Shown here piece by piece: positions 12,867 to 25,698 of a stretch of 64,000 nt of DNA (position 1 is its first letter; each line of letters starts with the position of its first letter). The stretch comes from Octopus bimaculoides. Taxonomy: Eukaryota. The stretch covers positions 71,555,289-71,619,288 of the forward strand of contig NC_068990.1 in the NCBI RefSeq assembly GCF_001194135.2, written 5' to 3'. Under the pieces are notes generated by a model. The model was not told where the DNA came from. It made no database searches and saw nothing but the letters and a program-made list of their open reading frames with translations. Both the position numbers and the translations under genes were made by a program.

Positions 12867-13641
12867 GCAGAGCAGATATGGGTACAGGATGTCACCAACA
12901 GTGCAAATAACATGAAATACGTAAACAAATGAGGGGAAAAATGAGTGAAATACACAAGCACACAACACACTATGGCATATGTGATAAGCTTCTGCATAGT
13001 TTCTGTCTAGCAAACTATATTTCAAGACATTGTGAATACACAAGACACTTTGTTCAGTAGGATTGAACTTGTTAACCACACAGTCATACCTGCACCACAG
13101 TGTCTCAATAACTGGAGAAGAGAAGACAGGTGTATCTTTTATCAAATCTTTTATTTAGGTAGGAAGGCAGTGTCCATGATCTTTTATAGAGCCTCTGAGA
13201 CTGGTGAAAGGGAAGGTGTCCTCGCCCAAATGCTTGTAACTAAGTGGACTCCACTAAAGACATCCAAGGTGCAAGTATTAAACCAGGCAACAAACTAAGT
13301 CTACCATTTAAACAGGCCATAGGAAGATCTGAACTCTGAATACAAAAAACTGGAGCAAATGTTGCAAGGCATCCAGTCAGATGGTTTTTACAGTTCCACC
13401 TATCTACCATGCTAGCTTGGTACATTCTTTTTTGTAGATCTCAAATGGATGAAAGGCAAAGTTGACGTTGGTAGGATTTGAACTCAAAGCACAATGAATC
13501 AGAATAAATACTGTGATGCATTCTGTTCACTCTAGTGACTAGATCAAGTCACCGCTATCACCACCATAATGCTTAAAAGGTGTAAATGTGGGAAGTATCT
13601 AAGAATGCATAGGAAACAAAAATCAATAAAACTGAACCTAC

Positions 13642-13729
13642 CTTGAGTAGAGTCAACATTTTCCCAGGCTGAAGCACCTCCTAGCACATCATCTACTTCT
13701 TTGAGTTTTGGATATTTACGATATTTAAC
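13642..13729 (-). CDS. POLR3K: POLR3K exon 2: VKYRKYPKLKEVDDVLGGASAWENVDSTQ
   Basis: 88 nt, acceptor tgtctag, donor gtaggt, phases 0/1 fit the flanking exons; KLKEVDDVLGG..AWENVD motif of RPC10. Confidence 0.97.
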
Positions 13730-14259
13730 CTAGACAGACATTTGAAAATCATTTATGTTAGAGAATATCTAAGTTATTGTAGAAATGGATATTTCAAAAG
13801 TGGTACACTCTCAACATGCTTGCCACTTTCTTCCATCTTTTCTCATATATACTGAGTGACAAGCATCTCCCTCTCCAGCCTTGGCAGGTCAAAACCTACA
13901 TATACATCCTTGACATTTTTTCTCAGGATGACTAAACAATTTCCATGTTTGAATGCACATGTTGCCTGGAAACAAGCTGTTGATGGAAAAATGAAAAGGG
14001 CCAGGAGGTTAGCAACAAATACCACACAAGACAACCAGAGCACACAGCTGTTTTTGTGGATGAACAACAAAAGCCACAGTAGAAAAGTGTCCAAAGAAAT
14101 CAATGGGGTGGTGAGAAACAAAAACCACAAAAATTGAGAAACCGGATCTGATAAATTATACATGGTACAATTAGATAGTTATCATGCGGAGTGGGTTTAG
14201 CAAAGGCAGAAATGGTAGGGGTTTACTGTATGTGTGTGTGTGTGTGTGTGTGTGCATGA

Positions 14260-14299
<40 letters not shown>

Positions 14300-14579
14300 G
14301 CAAATAGACAGCTAGAAAGATAGTTAGGTAGAGAGAGGGAGGGAGGTGTAGAGAGAGGGAGGAGAGATCAAAAACAGACAGACAGACAAAAAGATAAATG
14401 AAAAGGTAGATAGACAAACAGACAAAAAGATATAGAGAGAGCTAATAGACAGACAAACAGACAGAAAAGGACGGAGAAAGTTCAGAGAGCTTTTACCTCT
14501 GTTGGCAACCAAGTATCTCTCTATCTCTATCTCAAGGAAGAGTGTATGATGCACATGTATGAACTGCAAGCTACATGGT

Positions 14580-15001
14580 AGTGAGACATGGGCCTTGAAT
14601 GTATAAGACATGTGAAGGCAGGAACGAAACTAGTAAGCTCCACTGGATGCACGATGCTAGTGTTCATGTGTGACAGAGCACTAGTGTAATGAGAGAAAAG
14701 TTAGGCATAAGGGGATTTTATGCAGTGTACAAGAAAGGAGACTGGCCTGGTTTGATTACATGATGTGGATCGACGAGGACAGTTGCATAAAGAAGTGTTG
14801 ACCACTTAACATGGAGGGGCATAGTGGAAGAGGAAGACAGGATGAAGTACTGAAGGCTGCTCTCAAAACACAGGGCCTTACGAAGAAGCTGGCAGAGGAC
14901 TGAGGTATGTGGTGCATTGCTGTACTCAAGAAGACCTGCCCACCACAAGAGAATTGAGATCCTAAAACCAAGGTACCACAAAAAAAAAAAAAAAAAAAAA
15001 A
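14580..15001 (+). mobile_element. RTE-clade LINE 3' end with poly(A) tail
   Basis: Degenerate 'ETWALN...REKLGIRG...ERRL.WF..M..D..SCIKKC...EG..GRGR'; A-run at ~14979-15001 before the gap. Confidence 0.7.
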
Positions 15002-16282
15002 NNNNNNNNNNNNNNNNNNNNNNNNNNNNNNNNNNNNNNNNNNNNNNNNNNNNNNNNNNNNNNNNNNNNNNNNNNNNNNNNNNNNNNNNNNNNNNNNNNN
15101 NNNNNNNNNNNNNNNNNNNNNNNNNNNNNNNNNNNNNNNNNNNNNNNNNNNNNNNNNNNNNNNNNNNNNNNNNNNNNNNNNNNNNNNNNNNNNNNNNNNN
15201 NNNNNNNNNNNNNNNNNNNNNNNNNNNNNNNNNNNNNNNNNNNNNNNNNNNNNNNNNNNNNNNNNNNNNNNNNNNNNNNNNNNNNNNNNNNNNNNNNNNN
15301 NNNNNNNNNNNNNNNNNNNNNNNNNNNNNNNNNNNNNNNNNNNNNNNNNNNNNNNNNNNNNNNNNNNNNNNNNNNNNNNNNNNNNNNNNNNNNNNNNNNN
15401 NNNNNNNNNNNNNNNNNNNNNNNNNNNNNNNNNNNNNNNNNNNNNNNNNNNNNNNNNNNNNNNNNNNNNNNNNNNNNNNNNNNNNNNNNNNNNNNNNNNN
15501 NNNNNNNNNNNNNNNNNNNNNNNNNNNNNNNNNNNNNNNNNNNNNNNNNNNNNNNNNNNNNNNNNNNNNNNNNNNNNNNNNNNNNNNNNNNNNNNNNNNN
15601 NNNNNNNNNNNNNNNNNNNNNNNNNNNNNNNNNNNNNNNNNNNNNNNNNNNNNNNNNNNNNNNNNNNNNNNNNNNNNNNNNNNNNNNNNNNNNNNNNNNN
15701 NNNNNNNNNNNNNNNNNNATATATAAGCCACAACATATTTGAAGTGTGTGAATGACTGTACGTACGTGAGAGTGACGGTAGCTATCAAGAGAATGAAAGT
15801 CGGTCTTGAACATCAAAGCGTGTGTGGTATATCAAAACAAAAAATAAATACATAAAACCTTTTTACGGATTTTACCGAACACGCCATCAAAACAGTTGGG
15901 AAAGAATGACAGATAAAATATCTATATCGAAAAAATGCCACAGTCATACATAAATCTGTTTTATGCCTATGTATATTCTTTTACTATTGTTATATACTGG
16001 CACGAGCGACTACGTAAAGGATCCCTCGTTTGTTCGTTGAAGTGTTTCTTCGACGTTGGTACTCAAATATGAGTATATTGTACATGATTCAGTTGTCGAT
16101 GTTTTTCATCTCATTACAAATGAATTCAATTTACCTGTCGCTATTTTCCTACTGCTCCCAATTATTAATATTGCTTAGGAAATATATCAAAAGATCGGTT
16201 TAACTAATTTTCAACGAATCATACTGTAAAACATAAGAAAGTAAATATATAACAAAAGATATAAATGAATCGTATAGTATAC

Positions 16283-16393
16283 CATTCGTGTAATGTTCTG
16301 TATGTAAGGGCATGTGTGACAACCAAACCGATAACAGTTGGGTCCTTCTTCCACGACTAAAACATTAGCACAGACAGGACAGAAAACAAGCAT
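16283..16393 (-). CDS. POLR3K: POLR3K exon 1: MLVFCPVCANVLVVEEGPNCYRFGCHTCPYIQNITRM
   Basis: ATG at 16393; N-terminal Zn ribbon FCPxCxN...CxTCPY; 111 nt, donor gtatac. The three exons total 108 aa. Confidence 0.97.
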
Positions 16394-16731
16394 GGTTTAC
16401 ACTGGATGTATACAAAGACCATCATAAAGGTTGCATGAAAATATTACACAGGAGAAATTAATAGCGTTTCGTTTTTAAGTGTATAGTATCGTTTCTCATA
16501 AAATACGGTAAATATATAAAATATAATGTTTAAAAAATTGGGTTCTTTTTAGAAATAAAATTTATATAAAGTATTAATTTAAGTAATTATTAGAAAGGAA
16601 AAAAAATGAGATAATTATAGCGCTACTCTATTAAGGCGAATCGAAAAAGATATCGCCAAACAAACACTTTTAATCAACCTTTGTTTTCTGATAATGTTGA
16701 TGAAATGAAAAACTCCGCAAGTGGCTGAAAG
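16394..16731. promoter_or_regulatory. Putative bidirectional promoter POLR3K/SNRNP25, with possible non-coding SNRNP25 exon ending at donor AAAG|gtgagc (16731/16732)
   Basis: Divergent ATGs are 973 bp apart. The SNRNP25 ATG exon is preceded by an acceptor (tatttcag, 17348), so a further 5'UTR exon is needed upstream. Confidence 0.5.
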
Positions 16732-17365
16732 GTGAGCAGTCTTCTTAAGTATTTTAATTTATAATAACAAATATAATAATATAAACAAAATAATCAATTT
16801 CAGGTCTATTATATCTACAGCATTTTTTATCTTTTTATCAGAGCGGCAAAAAGCTGTAGTTTAAGGTAATTTTACTCAGTTAAATAGCATATTTTATTGT
16901 AAATTAACTGTGAATTTAACTGTCTAAACTACAGATGTGCTTTTAAAGAAGCATCTCAAAGCTTTAACTTTTATGTACCAACTTCATTTGAAATTTCTGT
17001 GTGTCTATGTATATCTTTACAATTTCTAAACATTCATTTATTTTCTATAATGATCTTCAATGTGGCCAGTGCCGAAGAATGGAGATGAATTCTCGATGAA
17101 TTTACGTCGTAGCCGATTTTGATTCCTTGTTTTTGTCATTTTCGTTTTACATTTTCAATAAACGCCTATAATCCTCAAATTTTATTTTCAGCTCAACTCA
17201 TATCTCTTACTTACAAAGTTGACATCTTCACAAGTAGTAATCGTCAATATCTAAATCTTAAACTATGTATCTTGTACATCATCATCATATGTAAGCAATA
17301 TTATTATTCTGTATTATTTAATTGGCAATTAATGACCTTTTATTTCAGCTCAAATCTGAAAGAAT

Positions 17366-17488
17366 ATGACTTCTGTGGGTAATGAAAGTCCTTCTGATTC
17401 CGATTCCTCTGCCACACCATATGTTCAAGAACTTACTCATCAAGATGCCATGGCTAAAGCAAGGAAGGTTCTCTCAGAATTAATATGT
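17366..17488 (+). CDS. SNRNP25: SNRNP25 first coding exon: MTSVGNESPSDSDSSATPYVQELTHQDAMAKARKVLSELIC
   Basis: ATG 18 nt after the acceptor at 17348; donor gtgagt; phase 0 matches the next exon. Confidence 0.85.
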
Positions 17489-18159
17489 GTGAGTGAAGTT
17501 TATAAATGTTTTGTATAGTATTTTTATATTTTTCTATTGCTGAAAAGTTTTACATACAATCTCATAACAATTAAAATAACAGAAACATTAAGATATTACC
17601 ATTTTGATTGTTCTCTATATTTTGAACTTACATTAATCAGGTAATATTAAATCTCAAGCAGTAGTTAATTTTTATTATCTTTTAATTATCATTTTACATA
17701 AGTATTGGCATGGTCAGCAGAATTGTTAATGATCCCCTCCCAGTTGAAGGGGCTTTTGCCTTGCAAGAGCATCCATGCTGGGCCATGAGAAAAGCACTTG
17801 TGCCAGGCCACGTAAAAAGCACCCAACACACTCTATAAAGTGGTTGGTGTTAGGAAGAGCATCCAGCCAAATCAGACTGGAACCTGCTGCTGTTCTCCAG
17901 TTTACCAGCTCTGGTCAAACCATCCAATCCATACCAGCATGGAAAATGGACGTTAAATGATGATGATTTTACATCTATTTTTCAATGGTGACATGGGCAG
18001 GATGTTTTTATGGCTTCATTACTTTTCAATGGCTAATGGTTCAACTGTAGAATATTAGTACAACTTGTTTTTGTCAGTCAAGCCAGTTGTAACAGAGTTG
18101 TGTACCTTGCTCAGTAACATCCATAATGGCTGCAGTAAGATTTAGCTTTATGATCAGGT

Positions 18160-18530
18160 TGTGGAGGCGCAATGGTCCAGTGGTTAGGGTAGCGGACTCG
18201 CAGTCATAGGATTGCGGTTTCGATTCCCAGACCGGGCATTGTGAGTGTTTATTGACCGAAAACACCTAAAACTCCACGAGGCTCTGGCAGGGGATGGTGG
18301 CGAACCCTGCTGTACTCTCTCACTCTTGCTTCCTGTTTCTGTTGTGCCTGTAATTCAAAGAGTCAGCCTTGTCACACTGTGTCACGCTGAATATCCCCGA
18401 GAACTACGTTAAGGGTACACGTGTTTGTGGAGTGCTTAGCCACTTGCACGTTAATTTCACGAGCAGGCTGTTCTGTTGATCAGATCAACTGGAACCCTCG
18501 AAGTCGTAAGCGACGGAGTGCCAACAACAA
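18160..18530 (+). mobile_element. Full-length tRNA-derived SINE with (AAC)n tail and 10-bp TSD (ATGATCAGGT)
   Basis: Box A TGGTCCAGTGG, box B GTTTCGATTCC, tail gtgccaacaacaa; TSD at 18150-18159 and 18531-18540. Resembles the octopus OR-type SINEs. Confidence 0.9.
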
Positions 18531-18772
18531 ATGATCAGGTGATACAACTTACTTTCACATTCATTGGGTTTACATATTTACTATTTGTAAATAGCATGGA
18601 AAAATAACAGATGTATCTTTGTGAGTTAAACTTGTAATCAAGGACTCTCTAAATTACTCCGAATGTCACACTTTCTCATTCCTCACTCCCTTGCAAATCT
18701 GGAACCCAGAGAATAGTTATTTGCAAGTAGAGACTATATAATATTTTTATTTCTTTCTGTTTTTAATTCCAG

Positions 18773-18896
18773 ACAGACCCACTTCTTGAAGATCTTCCCT
18801 CAGAGGTTACACCTGAAGAGGTCAAGTCCCAGATAGCTCTTGAATATGGGCAGGCCATGTTAATAAACGTCTGTCGAGCTGATGGAGAGGTTATGC
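18773..18896 (+). CDS. SNRNP25: SNRNP25 coding exon 2: TDPLLEDLPSEVTPEEVKSQIALEYGQAMLINVCRADGEVM
   Basis: DPLLxDLPxxVTxEEV.SQIALEYGQAM motif of SNRNP25; acceptor ttttaattccag, donor gtaagt. Confidence 0.97.
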
Positions 18897-19111
18897 GTAA
18901 GTTCTAAGCTTTCTGTTGATCAAAAGACATTACAGTATTGTATGGTACAGTACATATAATTCTTGTTTGGAATGGTGAAGCTCAAAGCAAATAAAGCTAG
19001 CTGCATGTAAATGTTGGATTAAAAATCCTTTTGGATAGAAAAGTTAAAATCAGCCCATGGGACTCAAACCCACATCTTCTGCGAACATGACAGGCATCAA
19101 CAATATATTTT

Positions 19112-19173
<62 letters not shown>

Positions 19174-21513
19174 CACACATGTGCATGCATACTTACTCAT
19201 ACATTCATGCATGTATGCATACATACAGATGTACATGCCTGGAGCAAAGTATGGCTGAACTTGGGATCATGGGGAGACAATGCAAATTTTAATTCATATG
19301 CTACAAATGATCACAATATCTGGAGCTGTAAAAATGTGCAAGACCTTCTAAAAATTTAAAGGATAATGGTTAAAACAAGATACTTTCTTTCACAACCTTA
19401 CTACCAAGTAGGTGGTTGGTCAAAATTTACTCAAAAATTAAAAGAAGAAAGAGAACATACATACATGCATACATACTTGTGTGTATGTGTTTCTACAGCA
19501 CGAAGGTTCAAAGCATTTAAGTAACTGTCTGTTTCATCAGTAAAAACATCATAAATAGTAATTTATTCATTATTTCATAAACCGAAAGTACATCAGAAGT
19601 TTGCTTGTATATTGGCAGTATGGACTGTCTCCATTTCTTAGAATTGTGCCTGTTCCAGTTGTCACACATTTTGTATTTAAAAAAAAAATATGGTATATTT
19701 GATAGGTTTTTTAAATGCAGATTTATTCTTTGGATTCCGTAAATTGTACAAAGAAGGCATCATTTGTTCAGTAAAAAATTGTTATCCTCTGCACAACAAC
19801 ACACACACACTCTTGTACATGTGAAAGCAGCATCCACCTATATGCACATGCAAATGGGTACAGAGGATGCAATCACTTAAATTACCATTATACATATACT
19901 GCACGCAGACATCATGAATATAATATGCACACATGCTCAAACACAAGTATATACATATATATATTTACATTCATACACATTAGCAATACCTATGGACATT
20001 CCACGGTAAATACAAAATTTTTTAGATTGCTGGAAGTTTATATAGAACCATAAAAATTAGTGTTTCTTTTGAAATTATATATTCTGCATTATTTTCATTT
20101 AAAAGCACCTTTTACTTCTGGATAAGGCTGTAATTGAGGGAGCATGACTTTCCCATTCTCTCAGCAATTCAAACCTTCATTTATAAATCTAAAAGCTTCA
20201 CAATGATTACCAAGAATATTCATGTCAACAGTGTTCTATCTGTTAACCATATGTTAGGTTCCTTTTGATGTTCTCTTTCATTTTCATTTTCTATTCTTTC
20301 TTGAACATGTTCTCTTACCTGTTGTAGACACTCACTGTATTCTCTTTGATTCCTATTTTCCCTTCTATGCTGCTGCTCCTGTGTTTGTTCTAGTGATTTG
20401 ATCCTCTGTTGCTCTTTCATTTATTAATAAGTTAGTCCGCATTACTCTGTAAGAAGCATAGGGATGTGACCATTTCATACCAATGGATGTGATCTTGGGC
20501 TACCTCTTTGATTTCAGATCAAGAGAGACTGATTGCTTTTGCTTTGTTCTCCATGCATCCTTTCATTTATTAAGGCCTTTCCTATAATAATTCTGCTTGT
20601 CATTGTGTTACTTAGCCCATTGGTAACACTTTCATGTGATTAGAGGAAAAGAAGAAGAGAAAAGTGTCCATGATGTGAGGTAGAGAGAATGTAATTTGTA
20701 GGATTAGATGATTGGAAAGAGTGGAGAGAGAAAAAGAGGATACGGGGAAGAGGAAGAAGGAAAAAGAAAGAGAAGATCCATGACGTGAGGTAGGGAGAAC
20801 ATAATATTTATTACATGGTCAAAAAAGTTAATTGAAGGTAGAGGAGGAGAGTTAAGAATATAATTTTAGCAGAGGGGCGATGTTCTGATGGTGAGGTTAA
20901 AGAAAGGGAGAGGGAGAGATGATGATGATGGTGGTGGTGTTGGTGGCGGTGATTGGATAGTGAAAAGTGCATTTTTTAAAAATTGAACTAAGTATTTTTT
21001 ATATCACCTATCGCTTAACGCATGTGCATAAGAAAAATAAGGGTGAATATTTATTTTACGAGTGCTGTGTATTAAGTATATAAAGTGCATTAAGTAATCA
21101 TTGTATTCTTTCACTTTTCAATGAGTAGCAGATGAGCGACTATCTTTCCATACAAACACAACACAGGCTATGCTTTCAGGTTTTTGGATAAAGTTTTCAG
21201 AAATAACCCAGTAGATTTACCATTAATTCTATGAAATATTCCTGGATCCCACTAGTTTGATATAGTTTTGTTTAAGAATATACAAGAGTTAAGGCTATTC
21301 TTAATTTTCATAATATTTACTGATGTCAACTATACTTCTCACATAGGATATAAAACGTAGATTTGTACATCATGAAAAAAAGCCTTTGTTTAAATTTGTA
21401 TGCACACCATGTTTTTTAAGGATAACATCAAAAGGTTAAGTATTTCACAAATACCACAGATTACTTGTTGCCTAAAATTTAGTTTTGTATCTGTTTATAA
21501 TTTCTTCTGTTAG

Positions 21514-21619
21514 GTGTTGTGGTTGTACAAGATGCCACAGTGTTAGATTTGAAACATGCCATCAAAAGATATGTACAACTGAAGCAAGCAAGACAGAATG
21601 GCCCTGAACACATCAGCTG
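21514..21619 (+). CDS. SNRNP25: SNRNP25 coding exon 3: (R)VVVVQDATVLDLKHAIKRYVQLKQARQNGPEHIS(W)
   Basis: Ubiquitin-like fold motif VVVxxxATVLDLKxAI; acceptor ttctgttag, donor gtaagt; phases 1/2 consistent. Confidence 0.97.
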
Positions 21620-23865
21620 GTAAGTGGACTGGATCCTTGTAAATGTAATTATATAACTATATAACATTAGCTGGTCTGCAGACTAGTGTTTGGGCTTGTA
21701 ATTGGCTTTTTTACTAGTTTGGTTTATACAGTTTCTTTGAGACTGTGGAAACTGATGCCTTTAAAATTCCACTTATACTGTTGCAAATTGATGACTGTAA
21801 GAAAGACACCTACAAGGAGAGAATTCCATAAAATTAACATTCTGGGAAGAAGAGGTTAGGCATGGTGTTGGTGGTGGGGAGTGTGGATATTATGTGTAAT
21901 GAGAGGCAAGATGAGAGAGTTCAGAGTACCTGGATGAATGTGGTTTGAAACCAGACAATTTCAAGGAGCAGAGGCCTTTATAGTAATGGTAGAAAAGGTA
22001 GAGAGAGGAGACAGTGCACAGATTACACAGTATTAGCAGATCACAAGGTTGTTGTTTATATCTATGTGATTATATAATATTAGGTAGGTTAAAGATTACC
22101 TTCTTGTGTCATGCTGAATCATAAGGGCCAGTTTTTCGGTTTCCATAGTGTATAAGTTCAACACCCGGACAGGATACTGGTCCATTGCTAGATTACTCAC
22201 TTTTGCCAGCTGAGTGGACTGGAGCAACGTGAAATGATGTGTTTTGCTCAAGAACATAACATATTGTTTGGTCCAGGAATCGAAATCACAAACTTACAAT
22301 CATGAGTCCAACACCCTAACCACTAAGCCACAAGCCTCCACATATTAGGTAAGTATTCAACCTTACTAAGATGGCTTTCTGTAGGCTTAGATGGTGAGTA
22401 TTTTGACAATGACATCTCACTGATTGGCATGGAGTTGCTCACCAACACACTCCGACATCTGACTTGTAGACGTACTGTCTCTTTACTCTTCCTTGCTTCC
22501 TGCTATTCCTTTTACTTCTGCTCCGTGTGTCACCTCTACCCAGCCTCACCTGACTCCTCCCTCCTTCTCTTGTCACCCATATCCCCTCCCTGCCAATGAT
22601 TTTTCCTGCAATTATCAACATGAAGTTGTTTAAGAACATTAGCTATATGAATCTCACCTCTCTTGGAGGGCTTGCACATAGCCCTTTCCTTCAGACCAAA
22701 CCATTAAAAAAATAATAGATACATATCCCTCCTAGATAAACGAAATGTATTACAGAAAATGAAAACAAATACACACACACATGTATATGTATTGATAACT
22801 GGTGGTCTTGTAACCTGTCTAAAAGGGCACTAGCTTAGAATAAGAACTGGCTTGGAGTGTGACAACCTGCCCAACACTTGCCAACATGGAAAATTTACAT
22901 AAATTAAAATTATGATTTTATAGATATATATATCATCATTATTTAATATACTTTTTTCCATGCTGGCATGGGTTGGACAGTTTGACAAGTACAGACAAGC
23001 TAGAGGGCTCCACCAGGTTCTATGTCTGTTTTGGCATGGTTTCTATAGCTGGATGCACTTCAAAAAGCCAGCCACTTAAGTCTGTAGTGGGTGTTTTTTA
23101 CATGGTATCAGCACCAGTGAGGTCACCTAGTACCCACAAAATAAGACTGAGCAGGGTACTGGCTGGAGGAATAAGAAACTATGGTAGAGGGAGGGGAGCA
23201 GGTGTCTTGCTGAAGAGGTAAATACATAGCTTGCCCACCTGGAAAATGAGAAAGAGAAAGGAAGAGCTGCGAGGTCCAGGTACAATGTGAATAGGAGACA
23301 GAATAGGATAAAAGAGGGGGAAAAGGTGGATGTGTAGGTAAGTGTACTGAGTGAAAATAGTATGACCAATGATTAAAAATAGGAAGTGTATTATATTATA
23401 TATATCATTATTATCATTTAACATTTGCCTTCCATGCTGGCATAGGTTGGATGATTTGACAGGAGCTGGTCAGGCAGGAGCCTGCACCAAACTTCTGTGT
23501 CTGTTTTGACATAGTTTTTACAGCTAGATGCCCTTCCTAACACCAACCACCCAGCAGAGTGGACATACATATGTACATACACACACACACACATACAGAG
23601 ATCTCCAGCAATTTCCGGTGATCATATTCCATTCACAAGGTATTGTTCAATCTCTGAAGTTATGGAAGAAGATATTGCCTAAGTCACTGCACAGTGGTAC
23701 CAACCAAAGAAGCACATGATTACAAAGTCAACTTCTTGAACATATAACTAAGCCTGCACTCTTCTATCAATTTTTATACCTCATCTTGTTAGCTTATGGA
23801 TTGTATTTTGAAATACATGACTTGTATTGATGTTATATCTGGATTACCTTTTTTAACTTATGCAG

Positions 23866-23940
23866 GCGATACATTTGGAAAAGATATTGGCTGTATTTTG
23901 ATGGACAGAAATTGTCAGATGACAGTAAACCTTTGAAAGA
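23866..23940 (+). CDS. SNRNP25: SNRNP25 coding exon 4: RYIWKRYWLYFDGQKLSDDSKPLK(E)
   Basis: 75 nt, acceptor ttatgcag, donor gtaagt; W.Y.W..Y.L...G.KL motif. Confidence 0.96.
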
Positions 23941-25631
23941 GTAAGTTGTCATTATTTCATTTTGAAGTATATGTGTAATGTTGTGTGGCAGTGAAATACA
24001 GACAGTAAAAATAGGGAACTTATAGTAATTGAAAGGGAAAAGTTGGTTATGATGTATCAGAATCAAACTTGTAGTAGTGAGACACATATACTGAAAATGA
24101 GGTGTGACTGCATACAGTTTATGACGATGTATTGCAGGGATCAGCATAATATTCTTGAAAGCTGGCCAGATTGGAAATGTTTCTAATTTGTGTCACAAAG
24201 GTTACATATATGTATATGTTTGTCCTCCCACTATTGCTTGACAACTGATCTTGGTGTGTTTACGTCCCTGTAACTTAGCAGCTTGGCAAAAGAGACCGAT
24301 AGAATAAGTCCTGGGGTCGGTTTGTTCAGCTAAAGGTGGTGCTCCAGCATGGCCACAGTCAAATGACTGAAATAAATAAAAGAATACAAAGTTATAGAAG
24401 CAGCTTGTTTCTTTTTCTTTTTAATTTTTAGATTTTCTTTAATTTTAAAATTAATGTACTGTGTATGACATGGTGTGCAGTGGACATTTTAATTTGTATG
24501 AATTGGAACAGTTGTAGCTTTGGGATAAATGAATTGTCAACCAATTGACCTACCCTTCTCAAAGCATAAGTAAATATTTCTGTCAGTCTCTCCTTTTGTA
24601 GGATTGATTATTCATATAAACTATATTGGTTTCAAATTTTGGCACCAGGCCAGCAATTTTGGGGTTGAGAGTAAGTCAACTACATCAACCCCAGTGCTCA
24701 AGTGGTCCTTATTTTATCGACGCTGTCCTTACAATCTGAACTCAGAACATGAGGAGAGATGAAATGCCACTAAGCATTTTGCCTAGTGTGCTAACAATTC
24801 TGCCGGCTCATCCACCTTACATTCATGTAAACTATATTGAGATAGTATATGAAATGCTGTTTGTCTCTGTTGCTCCGTACAGTTGAGATGAAAACACTGT
24901 ACCCTGGGGAAATGTTAATTTTTTATGAAGTGAAGTAATCTTATTTGGTTGAGAGAAACTACATAGAATCTTGTGGTTCTTTATCTTTTACACGTTTCAG
25001 TCATTAGACTGCGGTCATGCTGGGGCACTATCTTGAAGAGTTTTTAGCCAAATAAATCGACCCCAGTACTTTTTCCGTTTTCTCTTTTTCAAGCATGCGT
25101 ACGAACAACCATGCTACATGGCAGTGAAACATGGGCTGTAACTGNNNNNNNNNNCCCAGTACTTTTTCCGTTTTCTCTTTTTCAAGCCTGGTACTTATTC
25201 TATCGGTCTCTTTTTACCAAACTGCTAAGTTATGGAGATCTAAACAAGCTAACACTAGTTGTCAAGCAGTAGTGGGACATACATGTGATGGGTTTCTTTC
25301 AGTTTCCATCTCCCAAATCCATTCACAAAACCTTGGTAGGCCTGAGGCTATAGTAGATGACACTTGCTCAAGGTGCCATGCAGTGGGACTGAACCTGGGA
25401 CCACACAGCCAGGTCCATGCCTGGTTTGAAGATTACTTCCATCCTTCTGTTAGTCACTAAACTCAACAAACATGGCAAGGGTTAGGTGTGCTGTCATTCA
25501 TCCTCCAGCTAAACTGTAAGAAGAAAAATAATACAAAAACAAACAAATTTATAATTGCTCCATGTAGGGTTTCTTGTAGAATTATGGGAATGCTAACTTT
25601 TATTGTTATTATAATGTTCTTTATTTTGTAG

Positions 25632-25698
25632 GTATGGTATCAGGAACAAAGCAGATGTTACCTTCAAACACAGATTAAAACAGCAAGGAACAGTTTAG
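25632..25698 (+). CDS. SNRNP25: SNRNP25 last coding exon: YGIRNKADVTFKHRLKQQGTV*
   Basis: Acceptor ttattttgtag; YGIRN..V.F..(R/K)L motif; TAG at 25696-25698. Total 164 aa. Confidence 0.95.

Noticed and set aside
14718-15816. Long ORFs in the ORF track (also at 30333, 37741, 57843, 61289 and others)
   Set aside because: They are artefacts of N gaps or microsatellites (poly-X, HT/VC/YI/I repeats).
20220-20420. Glu/Gln/Arg-rich minus-strand ORF (MKEQQRIKSLEQTQEQQHRRENR...)
   Set aside because: Low complexity with no splice context. It resembles repeat-derived (possibly Helitron-like) coiled-coil relics but cannot be verified.
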